Source: an uncultured Verrucomicrobiae bacterium (GTDB lineage Bacteria; Verrucomicrobiota; Verrucomicrobiia; Chthoniobacterales; JAFAMB01). From it: DNA of 64,000 nucleotides. Below, piece by piece: positions 31,324 to 44,019 of the stretch. The stretch covers positions 224,001-288,000 of the forward strand of contig CAWEXO010000008.1 in NCBI GenBank assembly GCA_963813025.1, in the 5' to 3' direction. The translations under genes and the position numbers were made by a program. The notes under the pieces were generated by a model that was given only the letters and a program-made list of their open reading frames with translations, was not told where the DNA came from and ran no database searches. Numbering within the stretch: the first letter of the stretch is position 1; the number at the start of each line of letters is the position of its first letter.

Positions 31324-32676
31324 CTATCGATGCAGATCGCGAACACCTGCCTCAACCAGGCGACCGGCATTTAAAAGCTTCGATTCGCTGAATCGCGGAC
31401 CAATAAGCTGAAGGCTGGTGAGCGGCACGGCCTTATCATTGATTGGAATCGGCATCGCCAGCGCGGGATTTCCCGCGAAATTCACTGGGACGGTGTTTTG
31501 CAGAGCCAACATCGCTGCTTCAAAAAGGGCGGTACCCCCCAAGGGTGGAATCGTTGGCGGCAGCGTCTGAAGGGTAGGTAAAGCGATAAAATCAACCTTT
31601 TTAAAGATTTGCCGAAGATCACGCTGCCACTGCGCTCGTCTCCTTAAAGCGTTCCGGTAATTTGTCGTATATTCGAATTGCCCCAAGGCGATGATTGCCT
31701 GGGTCTTGGCACTTACTCCCGGTTTACCGAAATATTTACGATCACTGAGCCAAGCACCAGCCGCCGCCAAAGTATCCCCATCCGCCTTGGCCTGAGCCCA
31801 CCTCGCGTTAAAGCGTTTGTTCAATACAGTGAACCGAAAGTGTGTGCGGAAAAGAGCGTTATCAACCGCCTGGTCGACTTTCGGGTCGGTACCGGTCAGG
31901 TAAAGCCGGGCAATTCTGATCTGATTTCCCGAACCTTTGGCGGCGACGGCTTCTCTGTATCGCTCGGCAAATCCATTCTGCAAAAGATCCATTCCTTGCA
32001 CCACATGATCGATGTCCCTGCCCATCGGACCGACAGTGTCGAGATGCCTGGGTTCGATCGGGAACACGCCTTTGAGGGAGACAAGTCCAAAGGTGGTTTT
32101 CAAACCGACGACGCCGCAGCAAGCGGCGGGAACGCGGACGGAGCCTGCCGTATCGGTTCCAAAGGCGACGTTCGCCAAGCCGCTTTGGACGGCCACCGCG
32201 GAACCGCTGGATGAGCCTCCGGGGATAAGCTTGCGCCTCCTGCTCATACGATTCCTTGGCGTGCGGAAGTATTCGTTTATTCCGGAAGGGGCAACCGCAA
32301 ATTCGCTGAGGTTGGTTTTCCCCACGATTTGCACATTTCGCTCTCGCGAAATTGCCATGCAGGCCGCATCCCTTAAGGCTGGGGGGTTGTTCTTGGAGAC
32401 ATATTCCGAACCGGCGGTAGTGACGACACCTTTCATGTCGATCAGATCCTTCACCGCCAGGCGCAGCTGTTTACCTTCCTTAGGACGCGGCCAGTAAGCA
32501 ATAAACGCATGATTTCGGGGGCCGTGCGCCGGATGGCTCAACGGAATCGCGCAGCCGCCTAGAAAGACGAACAGCAAAAGCGAGGGCGCCAAAACAAGGT
32601 TGAGACACGATCTTGATGCCATTTTCTTCATTAAATCTTGTCGGCGTGAGACGCGACCTCGCTCGATCGTGTCCAA
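31324..32676 (-). CDS. Amidase-signature family enzyme, probable lipoprotein
   Basis: AVKDLID (Lys), GKTNLSEFA, GGSSSGS, GTDTAGSVRVPA; lipobox-like LLFVFLGG-C near the N-terminus. Confidence 0.88.
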   Translation of the reverse strand: MDTIERGRVSRRQDLMKKMASRSCLNLVLAPSLLLFVFLGGCAIPLSHPAHGPRNHAFIAYWPRPKEGKQLRLAVKDLIDMKGVVTTAGSEYVSKNNPPALRDAACMAISRERNVQIVGKTNLSEFAVAPSGINEYFRTPRNRMSRRRKLIPGGSSSGSAVAVQSGLANVAFGTDTAGSVRVPAACCGVVGLKTTFGLVSLKGVFPIEPRHLDTVGPMGRDIDHVVQGMDLLQNGFAERYREAVAAKGSGNQIRIARLYLTGTDPKVDQAVDNALFRTHFRFTVLNKRFNARWAQAKADGDTLAAAGAWLSDRKYFGKPGVSAKTQAIIALGQFEYTTNYRNALRRRAQWQRDLRQIFKKVDFIALPTLQTLPPTIPPLGGTALFEAAMLALQNTVPVNFAGNPALAMPIPINDKAVPLTSLQLIGPRFSESKLLNAGRLVEAGVRDLHR

Positions 32677-32696
32677 ACCTTATTTTGGCGCCCTCG

Positions 32697-34691
32697 CTAG
32701 CATGACGCATTCTCAAGAGTCGTTCCGTTACTGGTCCAAGCAGGCACGTCCGCTAATTCCTGGCGGATGAACAGATGATGCCAGAGTTGAGTTGCCACGA
32801 CCGCGACTAAACCCATTTCCACCGACAAGCGCTGCAGAGAACCCATCCGCATTTCGCGAAAAGCCCGCCGCCAAAAATGCACCGCCGCGACGTCAAAATA
32901 TCCGGTGCGCTGCAACGAGTCCTCGCTCAAAAGCTGAGCGACAAACGGCGGCTCAGGTTGGATATGAAAACTGTCCAGGGGAGCGCGGAAAATGACTTTT
33001 CGCCGACGATATACCGATGGTGGCACCCAGCGTTCCGCTAAAAGGCGCAGCAGGTGCTTGTCCCGAAACCCTCGAAGCTTCCAACGTGGATCCACTGTAG
33101 CCAAAAAACTGAAGACTTCCTCATCGAGGAACGGATATCTCACTTCCACCGAAGAGTTCATCGCTACGCGATCCCCTTTAGCCTGGAGCAGATGCCCAGC
33201 CAGGGTGACGCGGGCCGCGACCCAGATACCTCGGTTCAGCGGGTGCCAGCGTTTGGCCCGCTCCAGCGGCATTTGCAGATCAGTCCACGGATTGGTGTTC
33301 TTCAGGACTTCTCTCATCGGCGCAGCGTAAAAGCGAAGCTTTGAGAGACCAAGCAGTCCATAAGCATCGATCCAGGCGTTGGGACCGCCGACGGATTCCT
33401 CCACGCTGCGCCGAAAGTCCTTCGGATATTGCGGCACTCGGTGCAATCGAAGATAGGCGCGGCGGAGCTGATCGCTGAGCCGCAATCCAGGAATGAGATC
33501 CAGGAAACCGAGTGCCTTGGCCGCCTTATACCACGGATAACCGACCAGCCATTCGTCAGCCCCTTCACCCGTGAGAACTACCTTCTGCCCGCAGGAATGA
33601 ACACGCTGCGCCAATAGCAGCAAAGCAGCGCAGGAGGTGTCGACGACAGGCGCCTCTGCCGCGTGGATCAGTTGAGGATAGGTGTTCAGCGCGTCATCGG
33701 CGCGGAATTTCTGGACGATTGGAGGCTTCGTGCCGATGTGTCGAGCCACGAGGTTGGCCGCGTCAAGCTCGTCGAGCTCGGGCGCCTCAACGCGGACCGT
33801 GTAAGTATTAATCGCCGGACCCTTGAGATGACAGGCGAGGGCTGTGATGATGCTCGAGTCGACACCACCTGATAAATAGGAACCTACTGGCACATCGGCC
33901 CGGAGACGCTTCCCGACCGCCTGTAGCATCAGCTGCTCGAAACGATCCACCAGAGCGCGCGGGTTCGCGCCAGGGTCTTCGTCGCCGCGGTCCGGAAAAT
34001 CCATTTCCCAATACGCATGTTCACTGACGACCGACGGAGTACCGGCATCGTTCCCCGGAACTATCTGCAAGTAACGCCCCGGAGGCAGCAGCTGCACGCC
34101 TTCGAAGCATGTCGTCGGAGCGGGCAGTGCAGAAAACGTAAAAATATGATCAATGCCGCGCAGATCGGGTCGCGCCGAGACCATGCCGGAAGCAAGCAGG
34201 CCCTTGATTTCAGACGCGAAGAGGAGCCACTCCCCTTGACGAGTCCAATAAAGCGGACAGATACCGAAACGATCGCGCCCGAGCACTAAACGCCGGCGGC
34301 GCTCATCCCACAACGCCAGGGCGAACTGGCCGCGGAGGCGCTCAAACATGGCTTCCTGGCACTCTTCCCAGAGATGCGGGACAATTTCGGTATCGCAATG
34401 CGTGACCAACCGGTGTCCGCGCTCTTCCAGGGCCGCCCTTTGCTCAGGATAATCAAAGAACTCGCCGTTAAATACTACGAATATGCTGCGGTCTTCATTC
34501 GTAACGGGCTGCTGGCCATCCGCCAAGCCCACGATACTGAGGCGTCGAGACCCCAGAGCCAGGCCGGGACGTTGAAAGTAGCCCTCCTCATCAGGACCAC
34601 GGTGAAATATCGCCTGCGCCATCCGTTGGATAATGCCATCCGCGATGGAGCGGTGTCCGGACAGATCCACAATGCCTGCAATACCACACAT
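32697..34691 (-). CDS. asnB: Asparagine synthase (glutamine-hydrolysing)-like amidotransferase
   Basis: MCGIAG, HRGPD, RRLSIV, FNGE, YLSGGVDSS, LTGEGADE, VEVRYPFLD. Confidence 0.92.
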   Translation of the reverse strand: MCGIAGIVDLSGHRSIADGIIQRMAQAIFHRGPDEEGYFQRPGLALGSRRLSIVGLADGQQPVTNEDRSIFVVFNGEFFDYPEQRAALEERGHRLVTHCDTEIVPHLWEECQEAMFERLRGQFALALWDERRRRLVLGRDRFGICPLYWTRQGEWLLFASEIKGLLASGMVSARPDLRGIDHIFTFSALPAPTTCFEGVQLLPPGRYLQIVPGNDAGTPSVVSEHAYWEMDFPDRGDEDPGANPRALVDRFEQLMLQAVGKRLRADVPVGSYLSGGVDSSIITALACHLKGPAINTYTVRVEAPELDELDAANLVARHIGTKPPIVQKFRADDALNTYPQLIHAAEAPVVDTSCAALLLLAQRVHSCGQKVVLTGEGADEWLVGYPWYKAAKALGFLDLIPGLRLSDQLRRAYLRLHRVPQYPKDFRRSVEESVGGPNAWIDAYGLLGLSKLRFYAAPMREVLKNTNPWTDLQMPLERAKRWHPLNRGIWVAARVTLAGHLLQAKGDRVAMNSSVEVRYPFLDEEVFSFLATVDPRWKLRGFRDKHLLRLLAERWVPPSVYRRRKVIFRAPLDSFHIQPEPPFVAQLLSEDSLQRTGYFDVAAVHFWRRAFREMRMGSLQRLSVEMGLVAVVATQLWHHLFIRQELADVPAWTSNGTTLENASC

Positions 34692-34954
34692 GCCAGTCAG
34701 CTTTAGTCCATGGCAGGCCGGTCAAACAATCGCTTTTTTTTGCCTGGTTCCATTCAATTGCACCGGACCGGAACGAGGCCCGAGAAATGAGAACTCCAAA
34801 AAAAGACCGATTTTGTTGGCGAAAACCGTAATGTCGTGGTCACTATCCGCACTGTTTTGCACGCTTCAGCCACTCAGGACAACATTGACTTGTCCCACGC
34901 GAAATTTGTACCCATATAATCCTCCGCTCGCGTCACGCGACGCTAACCCCTTCT

Positions 34955-37900
34955 ATGCCCAAAGATCGTATCGCAATCATCGGAATTGGCTGCCGTTTCC
35001 CCGGCGGGGTGAATGACCCAGAGTCATTCTGGAAACTGCTCGTAGAGGGACGCGAGGCCGTGGGTGATGTGCCGCCTGACCGGTGGAACATCGAACGATT
35101 TTTCGATGCGGAGCCGGATCTGCCGGGAAAATCGATTGCTCGACGTGGCGGATTTTTGGAGGACATCGATCAGTTCGACCCGCAGTTTTTCGGAATCTCG
35201 CCGCGGGAAGCGCCCTACGTAGATCCACAGCACCGATTGCTGCTGGAGACAGCTTGGGAAGCGATCGAGGACGCCGGCGTGGTCCTCGATCTTGAGCGCG
35301 GGACCGACCTGGCCGTGTTTGTCGGAATTTCGCACAACGAATATCAGGGAATTCAGAGTACCCCGTTTGATCATTCCGGCATCGGTCCGCACTCGCCCAC
35401 TGGCTGCGCACACAGTATTGCGGCCAACCGCATCTCCTATTGCCTCAATCTGCGCGGCGCGAGCGTCGCGATGGATACTGCCTGTTCGTCCGCGCTGACG
35501 GCAGTGCATGCGGCATGCGAACACATTCGGGGGGGCCGAGGCGATGCGGCGCTGGCCGGCGGAGTCACAGTGATGATTACGCCCGGAGGATTCATCGGCT
35601 TTTCTCAAGCCTCGATGCTGTCTCCGGAGGGTCGATGCAAGGCGTTCGATGCTTCGGCCGATGGTTTCGTTCGTGGCGAAGGCGCTGGCATGGTGCTCCT
35701 CAAGCGGCTATCACAGGCTTTAGCGGACGGGGACCCCATCCACGGAGTGATTATTGGCACCGCTCTCAACCAGGACGGCCGCACCAATGGAATGTCGCTC
35801 CCCAGCGCCCGAGCGCAGGCGTCGCTGGTGCGCGATGCATGCGCAGACGCCGGAGTTTCTCCATCCGAAATCGGATTTGTCGAAGCTCACGGCACCGGGA
35901 CAGCGGTGGGAGATCCGATCGAGGCCCACGCGCTTTCCGAGGCACTTTGCCAAGATCGTTCGCCCGAAGCGCCGCTACTCGTCGGCTCGGTGAAGACGAA
36001 CCTCGGCCACCTCGAAACGGCCGCAGGGCTCGCGGGTCTGCTCAAGGCGCTGCTGGCGTTAAAGCACAGGTGTATTCCGGCCAGCTTGCACTTCGAAACA
36101 CCCAACCCGAACATCGATTTCGTCGCTCTGAAACTCCGGGTGTCTACATCTCTGGAGCCCTTTCCAGAGACGGATGGTCCGCGCCTGGCGGGCGTCAATT
36201 CTTTCGGCTTCGGGGGTGCCAATGCGCATGTCGTTCTCATGGAACCGCCATCGCGTCCACAGCACGAACACTTGGAAGCCCACACAGAGCGCGCTTGGCC
36301 GTTGGTGCTCTCTGCTCGATCGGACGAATCCCTGCGTTCTTCGGCGATGCGCCTTGCTGCCTGGGCGGATGAGCGATCAAAAACGAACGGCAGCTCGCCC
36401 GTTCTGCCGGATCTGGCTTATACGTTAGGCGCCAGACGGAACCATCATCCGTATCGGCTCACCCTGGTCGCCCAGTCACTCGCGGAGGCGGTCCACGAAC
36501 TCACGAGCTTCGCAATTGCCCAACAAGCTTCCAAAACGCGGATGGCCTTCGCTCCTCGTCCAGCAAGCCCGCCGCGCGTCGCATTCGTGCTGAATGGACA
36601 GGGTCCGCAATGGTGGGGAATGGGTCGCGAACTGATGCAGCACGAGCCGCTGTTCCGGCAAACTATAGAGCGCTGTGATGCCGCGATGCGCCCTTACGCG
36701 CGATTTTCACTGGCCGAAGAGCTTGGCCGCACCGAGCAAGACTCGCAACTGCATCGCACGGAAATTGCCCAGCCGGCAATTTTCGCGATGCAGGTTGGGC
36801 TGGCCGAACTATGGAAATCCTGGGGTGTTCAGCCGGCAGCAGTCGTTGGCCACAGCGTTGGTGAGGTGGCAGCAGCGTTCATCGCGGGAGTGCTTGGTCT
36901 GGACGAGGCGGCCAGGGTGATCGTGATGCGGGCACGATTCATGAACGGTTGCGCGCAAGGCGAGGGAACGATGCTGGCGGTCGGCCTGGACGAGACTGCC
37001 GCACGGGCGCTCATTTCGCGGCATGACCGCGCCGTAACGATCGCGGCGTTTAACGGACCTCGCACGCTCACCTTAGCTGGATCCCGACTTTCACTGGAAT
37101 CAATCGCCGCCGAGCTCGAATGCGAGGGGGTTTTCGTGCGGTTTGTTCGAGTAGACCATCCCTTTCATCATCCTCTAATGCGGCCCGCTTCCGAGACCTT
37201 GGAAGAAGGATTGGCCGATCTGACGCCTCAGGCAGAAACCATTCCGTTCTTTAGCACCGTCACCGGCCGGCAGTGCCCGGGAACAGCATGCGTCGCCGCT
37301 CACTGGGGGCGAGGTGTGCGGCAGCCAGTCCAGTTCGCGTCTGCCATCAATGCGTTGATCGATTCGGGCGTCGACGTATGGCTGGAAATCGGCGCGCAGC
37401 CCGCACTCGTCCACTCGATTCAGGAATGCCTTCTTGCGCGTGGCGCCAAAGCGCCGGTGCTGGCTTCGATTCGCCGGGAACGCGAGCATGAGTCCCTGCT
37501 CGAGACTGCGATGGACCTGCACCGCTGTTGCGTCGCATTGGATTTTGCAAAGATGGTGCCACCTCGGCGGCTGCTCTCACTGCCGACTTATGCTTGGGAC
37601 AAGAGCCGCTGGTGGCATGAGTCCAGCGACTGGCTCGAAGCCCGCTTAGGATCAGGGGGCCGCGGACTGCTCGATGTGCGGTTGCCGCAGGCCAGGCCAA
37701 CCTGGATAGCGCGGCTGGATGGGCGCCACATGGTCTTCCTAAAGGACCACAAAGTCGAGAATCTAGTCGTGTTTCCAGCAGCAGCCTTCGTCGAAATGGT
37801 ACTCGAAGCCGGAGTGCAATTATTCAACGAACAGCCTTTCGTCGTTGAAGACTTTGAAATTCGCAAACCGCTCATCCTGCCGGATCCAGTTTCAGGGGTT

Positions 37901-40900
37901 CACCTCGAGTTGTCCTACGACCCGAATGAGCGCACGTTTTCGGTCCACAGCAAGTTGCACGAGGGCGCAACGTGGTCGCTTCACGTGGTCGGCTCAATGC
38001 GTGGCGACCGGACCGAGACGGGCTTCGGGTCGTCAACCTGGGATTACGAAAAGCAAATCGCTTTCCAACCGGTAGAAACGGAGGCTTTCTACCGTCACCT
38101 CAGCGAAATGGGACTTTGCTACGGAGATGAGTTCCGGCCCATCCGAGAGCTCTCAGCCGCGAATGGCCAGTCCGCCGGTCGAGTCTCTTTGTCCGAGACA
38201 ATCACCGGCCGCGCGAGTGGTTATTCACTTCATCCCGTTCTCCTTGACGGGTCACTGCAAATCTTCTCGGCAGCGGCTGCGACGGTCGAGGATCGCGGGG
38301 GCCGCCTGAAACTGCCCGTCCGCTTGGCCAAAATTCTGTTTCTCCGGTGCCCGGGAGCCTCCAGCCTGGTGCACGCCAGCGTGCAACAGTGCAATACCGA
38401 GTACGTTGAAGGCAGACTTGAATTGTATGATGGGGCGGGAAAGCCTTGTGTGCTCGTGGATGGTTTTCGTGCGATCAGCATAGCGGGATCCCATCGAGGA
38501 GGCATGGCGGGAGCAAGCCGTAACGTACTCTACCACCTGGCGTGGGAACGAACGCCTGTCGCTCGGCGCTCGTCTTCTCCGGAGCCGGTACCATTGGATC
38601 GGATACGACAAGCGGCACAGAGTGCGTTGGACGAGGTGATCGCCATGCGAGGCCGAACCGAGCTTCAGCATGCGCTGGCGGCTGGGGAGGATCTCGCGGC
38701 TGCGCAACTCGCCCGCGGTTTGCGGGAAATGGCAGCGTTGACCGGATCGGGCAGCGAGTTCACGGCAGATGCTCTCCGAGTGGCGGAACCAATGCGACCC
38801 ATATTCGAGCGGCTCATCGCTCGCATCGCGAAGCGCGGCTGGCTCGAAAAAGACGGTGACAGTTATCGGCCGACAGCCTCTTTTGCGAGCGCCGCGGACT
38901 CCGCCCAAGCGATGCTGCGCGCATATATCTCGAGTTATCCCGGACATTTGTCCGAAGGCCTGCTCTGCGCCGCAAATTGTGCCGAGCTCGGTCCTATCCT
39001 GCGCGGCGAGAAGGATGCTGTGCAGGTATTATTCGCCGGGACTTCGGCCGAGTTATTGGACCAGTTCTATGGCGAGGGCATTTACACAAGCCCGTGGCTG
39101 GCGGCGATCGCCGCAGCCGTGCAGGAAGCTGCGCGTCACCTGCCGAAAGGCCGCGGACTGCGAATCCTTGAAGTCGGCGCCGGCACCGGAGGATTGACGG
39201 CTCACGTTCTGCCGCTCATCGATCACGAGTTACATTCGTACACCTTCAGTGATGTCTCTGCCGCATTTTTCAACGGCGCTATGCAGAAGCTGGCTGGATT
39301 CCCCGGTGTGGAATACAAAATTTTTGATCTCGAGAAGCCGGGCGTTGTGCAGGGCTTCGAGGCTGCCGCATTCGATTTAATCATCGGCACCAATGTATTG
39401 CATGCGGTGAGCAACGTGCGCCTGACGCTAAGGCATATTCACGAATTGCTCGCACCGGGCGGGACCTTAGTATTCATGGATCTTGCTAATCCACAACTGT
39501 GGACGGAAGCGGTGTTCGGTCTCACGACGGGCTGGTGGCGGTTTACCGATCGGGATTTGCGTCCGTTTCATCCGTTACTGGAACGCTCCCAATGGGAGGC
39601 CGTTCTCCGAGAGACAGGATTCGAGGAAACCGCTTCTTTGCCCGGTCTGCTTAGTGCGGAAGGTGAGGGTCAGATCGGTCTCCTCGCGCGCAAGTCCTGG
39701 CACAGCTCCGGTGCCGCCGCGTTTGCCTCCGGGGAGACAGTTCAGAAGGTTCCAGCGGAGAAGTCGTGGCTCATTTTCGCGGACTCCACTGGTCTAGGCG
39801 ATCAACTGGCTTTCGAACTGCGCGCGGCGGGCGTCAGCGCCCGTATTGCGCGGCCGGGTAATCATTTTGCGCAGGATGGGACCGACGCATTCTTCCTGCG
39901 TGCGGAGGCGCTCGAGGATTGGAAGCAGCTCCTTCAGAAATGCGCGGACGACGCTCCTCCGGAACGTGTTGTTTACCTGTGGAGTTTGGACTTGCCGCGA
40001 CAAGGCGCTGACGCGTTGATGGGCACCGATTCGTTGCTCCATCTCGTCCAGGTACTCGATGAGATCGACCGCTCGAAAAAATTGCGTATCGACCTGGTGA
40101 CGCGTGGCGCGCAACCGGCGGACGGAGCAATCAATGCGAGCGGGGTGGCGCAAGCAGCAGTCATTGGATTGCTACGGGTCATCCTGAATGAGTATCCCAA
40201 CTTCTCTGGACGCGGAATCGACCTGCCTCCCGAACCCTCGCCGGCTGATCTTTCCTTGCTTTGGAGTGAACTGCTAGCTGACGATTCGGAGCGTGAAACA
40301 TCATTCCGCGGCGAAGCCCGATACGTTCAGCGCCTCGCTCGCGGTCGATCCTCCCACTTGGAATCCCTCGATCCCGCAGTGCCACTGCGACTCGAGTCTC
40401 GCGAACGCGGACATCTCGACACGCTGGGGTTCAAAGCTTTCGGCCTTCCAGCCTGCGAGCCCGGCGAAGTGCTGATCCAAGTGAAAGCTGCCGGAATGAA
40501 TTTCCGCGACGTGCTGAAGGCGCTCGCGCTCTATCCTGGTGAGGCGCCGGATGCACGTATCTTCGGCGATGAGGTGGCCGGCATCGTTCAGGCCGTCGGC
40601 CGAGATGTTGATCATGTAGCACCGGGGGACAGGGTGTTCGGCCTGGCCGTTTTCGGGCTCGCTACCCATGCACTTGCAAGAGGGGGCGACGTACGCCGCA
40701 TTCCCGGCCGGACTATCGTTCGAACAGGCGGCCACCTTGCCGGTTGTTTTCATGACAGCCTGGCACGCGCTGCAGAATGTCGCGCGGATGCAGAAGGGTG
40801 AGCGTATCCTCGTCCATGCGGGCGCCGGCGGCGTTGGAATGGCGGCAATCCAGATCGCGCATCATCTTGGAGCGGAGGTCATCGCGACAGCCGGCAGCGT

Positions 40901-42650
40901 GACCAAACGCTCCCTGCTGGAGACGCTGGGCGTGAAGCACGTGATTGACTCGCGCCGCGCTGATTTTACGGATGCCGTGATGGAATTAACCGGTAGGCGC
41001 GGCGTAGACGTAGTTCTCAATGCGCTCGCCGCAGAAGCGATTCCGATGGGGCTTTCCTGTCTCGCGGAATTCGGCCGCTTCATCGAAATCGGCAAACGCG
41101 ACATCTATCAGAATTCCCGGATCCCTCTCTGGCCGCTACGTCGTAACGCATCGCTTCACGTCGTTGCTATGGATGCTGTCTTTTCCGGCGATGAGGCCCT
41201 AACCCGACAGATGCTGGAGGAAATATCTCGAGCTCGTCGAACGAGGCGCCTTCTGTCCGCTCCCGTTCCGCTCGTTTCCTGCGTGCCGCGTTGACGCGGC
41301 GTTCCGCCTTATGGCGCAGGGCAAACACATCGGGAAAGTCGTCGTCACATTTCCCGAAGCGTTTCTTCCTCGCCGCGGAGAAGCACTGGCCCCGTCACTC
41401 GAAATTGACCCGGAGGGCTGCTACTTGATCACTGGGGCTTTCGGCGGCTTCGGGAGAGTGCTGGCGCAATGGCTGGTCGAGTCCGGTGCTCGCCATCTTG
41501 TGCTCACTAGCCGCGGGGGTGCGAGCTGCGCCAGATGCGCAGACATTCGTGGAAATCCTGCGCAATCGCGGCATCGATGTGAGAGCGGTGCAGGCGGATA
41601 TTGGCTCACCTGAAGACGTGGCGCGGCTGGTAGCGGACATTCGGTCAGCCGGTCGCCGACTGCGGGGGCTGTTCCACCTGGCGATGGTGATCGACGATGC
41701 GCCGCTTGTTTCACTCACCCGCGAGCGAATGCGAAGCGTACTGGCCCCGAAGGCGTATGGTGCATGGTTACTCCACGAGGCCACACGCGACCTCGAACTG
41801 GACTGCTTCGTTATGTTCTCGTCGGTGTCGAGCATCTTTGGCAATCCGGCGCAAGGCAACTATGCTGCCGCCAACGCGTTCCTGGACTCGCTGGCTCATC
41901 ACCGCCGCGGCTTGAGTCTCCCCGCTCTTACGATCAACTGGGGGGTCCTGGGTGGTGAAGGTTATGTCGCCCGCAACGAGCGCGTCGCCGAATTCCTCGC
42001 GCGACAAGGAACTAGTGAACTCTCGCCGCGCGAAGTGATGGGGTTAATGGAATCATCCCTCAAGGCAGGCACTACGCAGGTGATGGCGATCCGCGTCGAT
42101 TGGACCAAGTGGCGGCAGTTTTTCCGCGGCATGCAGGAGAAGCCCTTGTTGCAAACGTATTTTTGCCGCTGTCGAAGGCCAGGAGACGGCTGGCGCGAAC
42201 AATGATTATCGTCTCAAGATCGAATCGGCAGCGCCGGAAGAATTGGAAGACATCATCGGCCAAGCGGTGCGTGATGCCGTCGGCTCGGTGCTGCGCGTGA
42301 AACCTGAGACGCTGCGCGACGATCAGCCGCTCACCGACCTGGGACTGGATTCGCTCATGGGCGTCGAAATCGAAAACTCGCTTGAGACATCGCTCGGCGT
42401 GGCGCTGGCGCCAGCCAGCTTGACCCGGGCTCGAACGATCGGTCAGATCGTTTCCTTGATCGCAGAGTACATGGGCGCAAAAAGGACCGGAGGAAGAAAC
42501 GCGACAAACGCTGCAACCGCGACAGCTCCGATGCCCGCCTCCGCTGGAGAGGTAGACTTGGAAGCGCTTTCCGATGAGGAGATCGCCGGGTTGCTTGGCA
42601 ATGAAGCGGCCTCAGAGAGCGCGCCTGACTCCCGGAGCGCGGCGCGGTGA
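34955..42650 (+). CDS. Single-module highly reducing type I PKS KS-AT-DH-cMT-ER-KR-ACP (frameshifts between ~40700 and ~42240)
   Basis: KS DTACSS/HGTGT/NLGHLE; AT GHSVG and HPFHH; DH HKVENLVVFP and HPVLLD; MT LEVGAGTGG and NVLHA; ER LVHAGAGGVG; KR GAFGGFG, VIDD, GNYAAAN; ACP LGLDSL. Confidence 0.93.
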
Positions 42651-44019
42651 GTGGAGTCCCGGATGTCCGCAGATAAACGCGCCGCGTTTAAGCAGTGGCT
42701 GGAAAGTGGAAAAGCGCTTCTTCAACCTTTGACCTTTCCGCAACGGGAATTATGGGAGACATCGCCGGTGGCCGTCACGGACGTGGCGAACCATATCTGC
42801 TGCCTCATTCAGGTCAGGGGCGTCATTACGCCACGGGCGTGCGAGGCTGCGCTTCGGCGAGTCGTGGAGCGGCAGGAGGTGTTGCGACTCTCCTTCCTGC
42901 CTGGCAAAGACCGGCCAGTACAAATGATTCGTCAGAGCAGTGACGCCAATTTCCGCTTTCGCGAGCTTTCATCCGTGAAGGCGCGCTACGAGCCGGTCGA
43001 AGCGCTCGCGACAGAGATTTTTCGGGAGCCATTCGATCTCGTGCGAGGACCACTTTACCGAACTGAGATGCTCAGGCGAAGCGCCGACTGATCATGTGCT
43101 GGTCTGTAGCGATTCATCATGCCATTGCCGATGGCTGGTCGCTGGGTGTTTTTGTCCAGGATCTGTGCGTTGCTTATGTGCAAGGGATCGTCCGTCCGCA
43201 CGAGAGCCTTCCGCCCTTGCCTCTCACCTATACGGCTTGGGGTGCAGCCGAACGCGGGTTCTGGCAGCCATCGGAGCTAGAGCGCCGCGCCGGTTTCTGG
43301 AAATCCAAACTCGCTGGAAGAAAGCGTCTCTGGAATGCTTTGGAAAAACCAGGGACCGCCACGGGTGCGCCTGAGCGGTATGTCTCTCATCTTCCGGCCG
43401 ACCTGGCCGACTCGGCGCGGGAAGTGGCTCGCACGACGAGCGCCACGCTCTTTAGCACATTGCTGGCCGCCTTTCAGGTCACGCTTTCTTTCTGGACAGG
43501 CGAACAGGACATCCTGGTCGGTACCCCCGTCGCGAATCGGACAAAGCAGGCGGTGCGGGAAACAATGGGCTATTTCGCCGATATTGTGCCTCTCCGCGGT
43601 CAAGTGGATGTCGGATCGCCCATTCTCCGATCAGCCTCCGGGCGGTGCAGCAAGCGACGGTAGATTGTTTCGCGAACGCTATGCCATTTGCTGAACTTGT
43701 TTCCGCGCTCGGGGACCGGCCGGCTCGGGGGTATAATCCCGTTTTTGAAGTCCGTTTCGCGCTGCAAAACTATCCCGTTCCTGACGTAGCGCTGCACGGA
43801 TTGTCCGCGCAGCTCAGGATGTGCTCGACCGGTACTGCTCGCTTCCATCTTGGATGCGAAATCACGGTAGTGCCGGACGGGCTGGAGATCGTCTGGCTTT
43901 TCCGGACTGTTCCCTCTAGCGGAAATCGAAAACCTGGCTACCTGTTCCAGGGTGTGTTGGCAGCCGCTTGTCGCTCACCGGAAAGTCGGATATGCGCCCT
44001 AAGGCGCGAAATGCGATGA
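42651..44019 (+). CDS. Stand-alone NRPS-type condensation-domain protein (frameshifted)
   Basis: PLTFPQRELW, VVERQEVLR, PFDLVRGPL, active site HHAIADGWS, VGTPVANR, MPFAELV. Confidence 0.88.

Noticed and set aside
32697..34691. Lasso peptide cyclase
   Set aside because: The glutaminase domain is intact (MCGIAG), and no precursor peptide, B1/RRE or B2 protease gene is seen nearby.
34885..34920. Canonical sigma70 promoter for the PKS (TTGACT...TATAAT)
   Set aside because: The spacing is 24 bp, so only the -10 hexamer is plausible.
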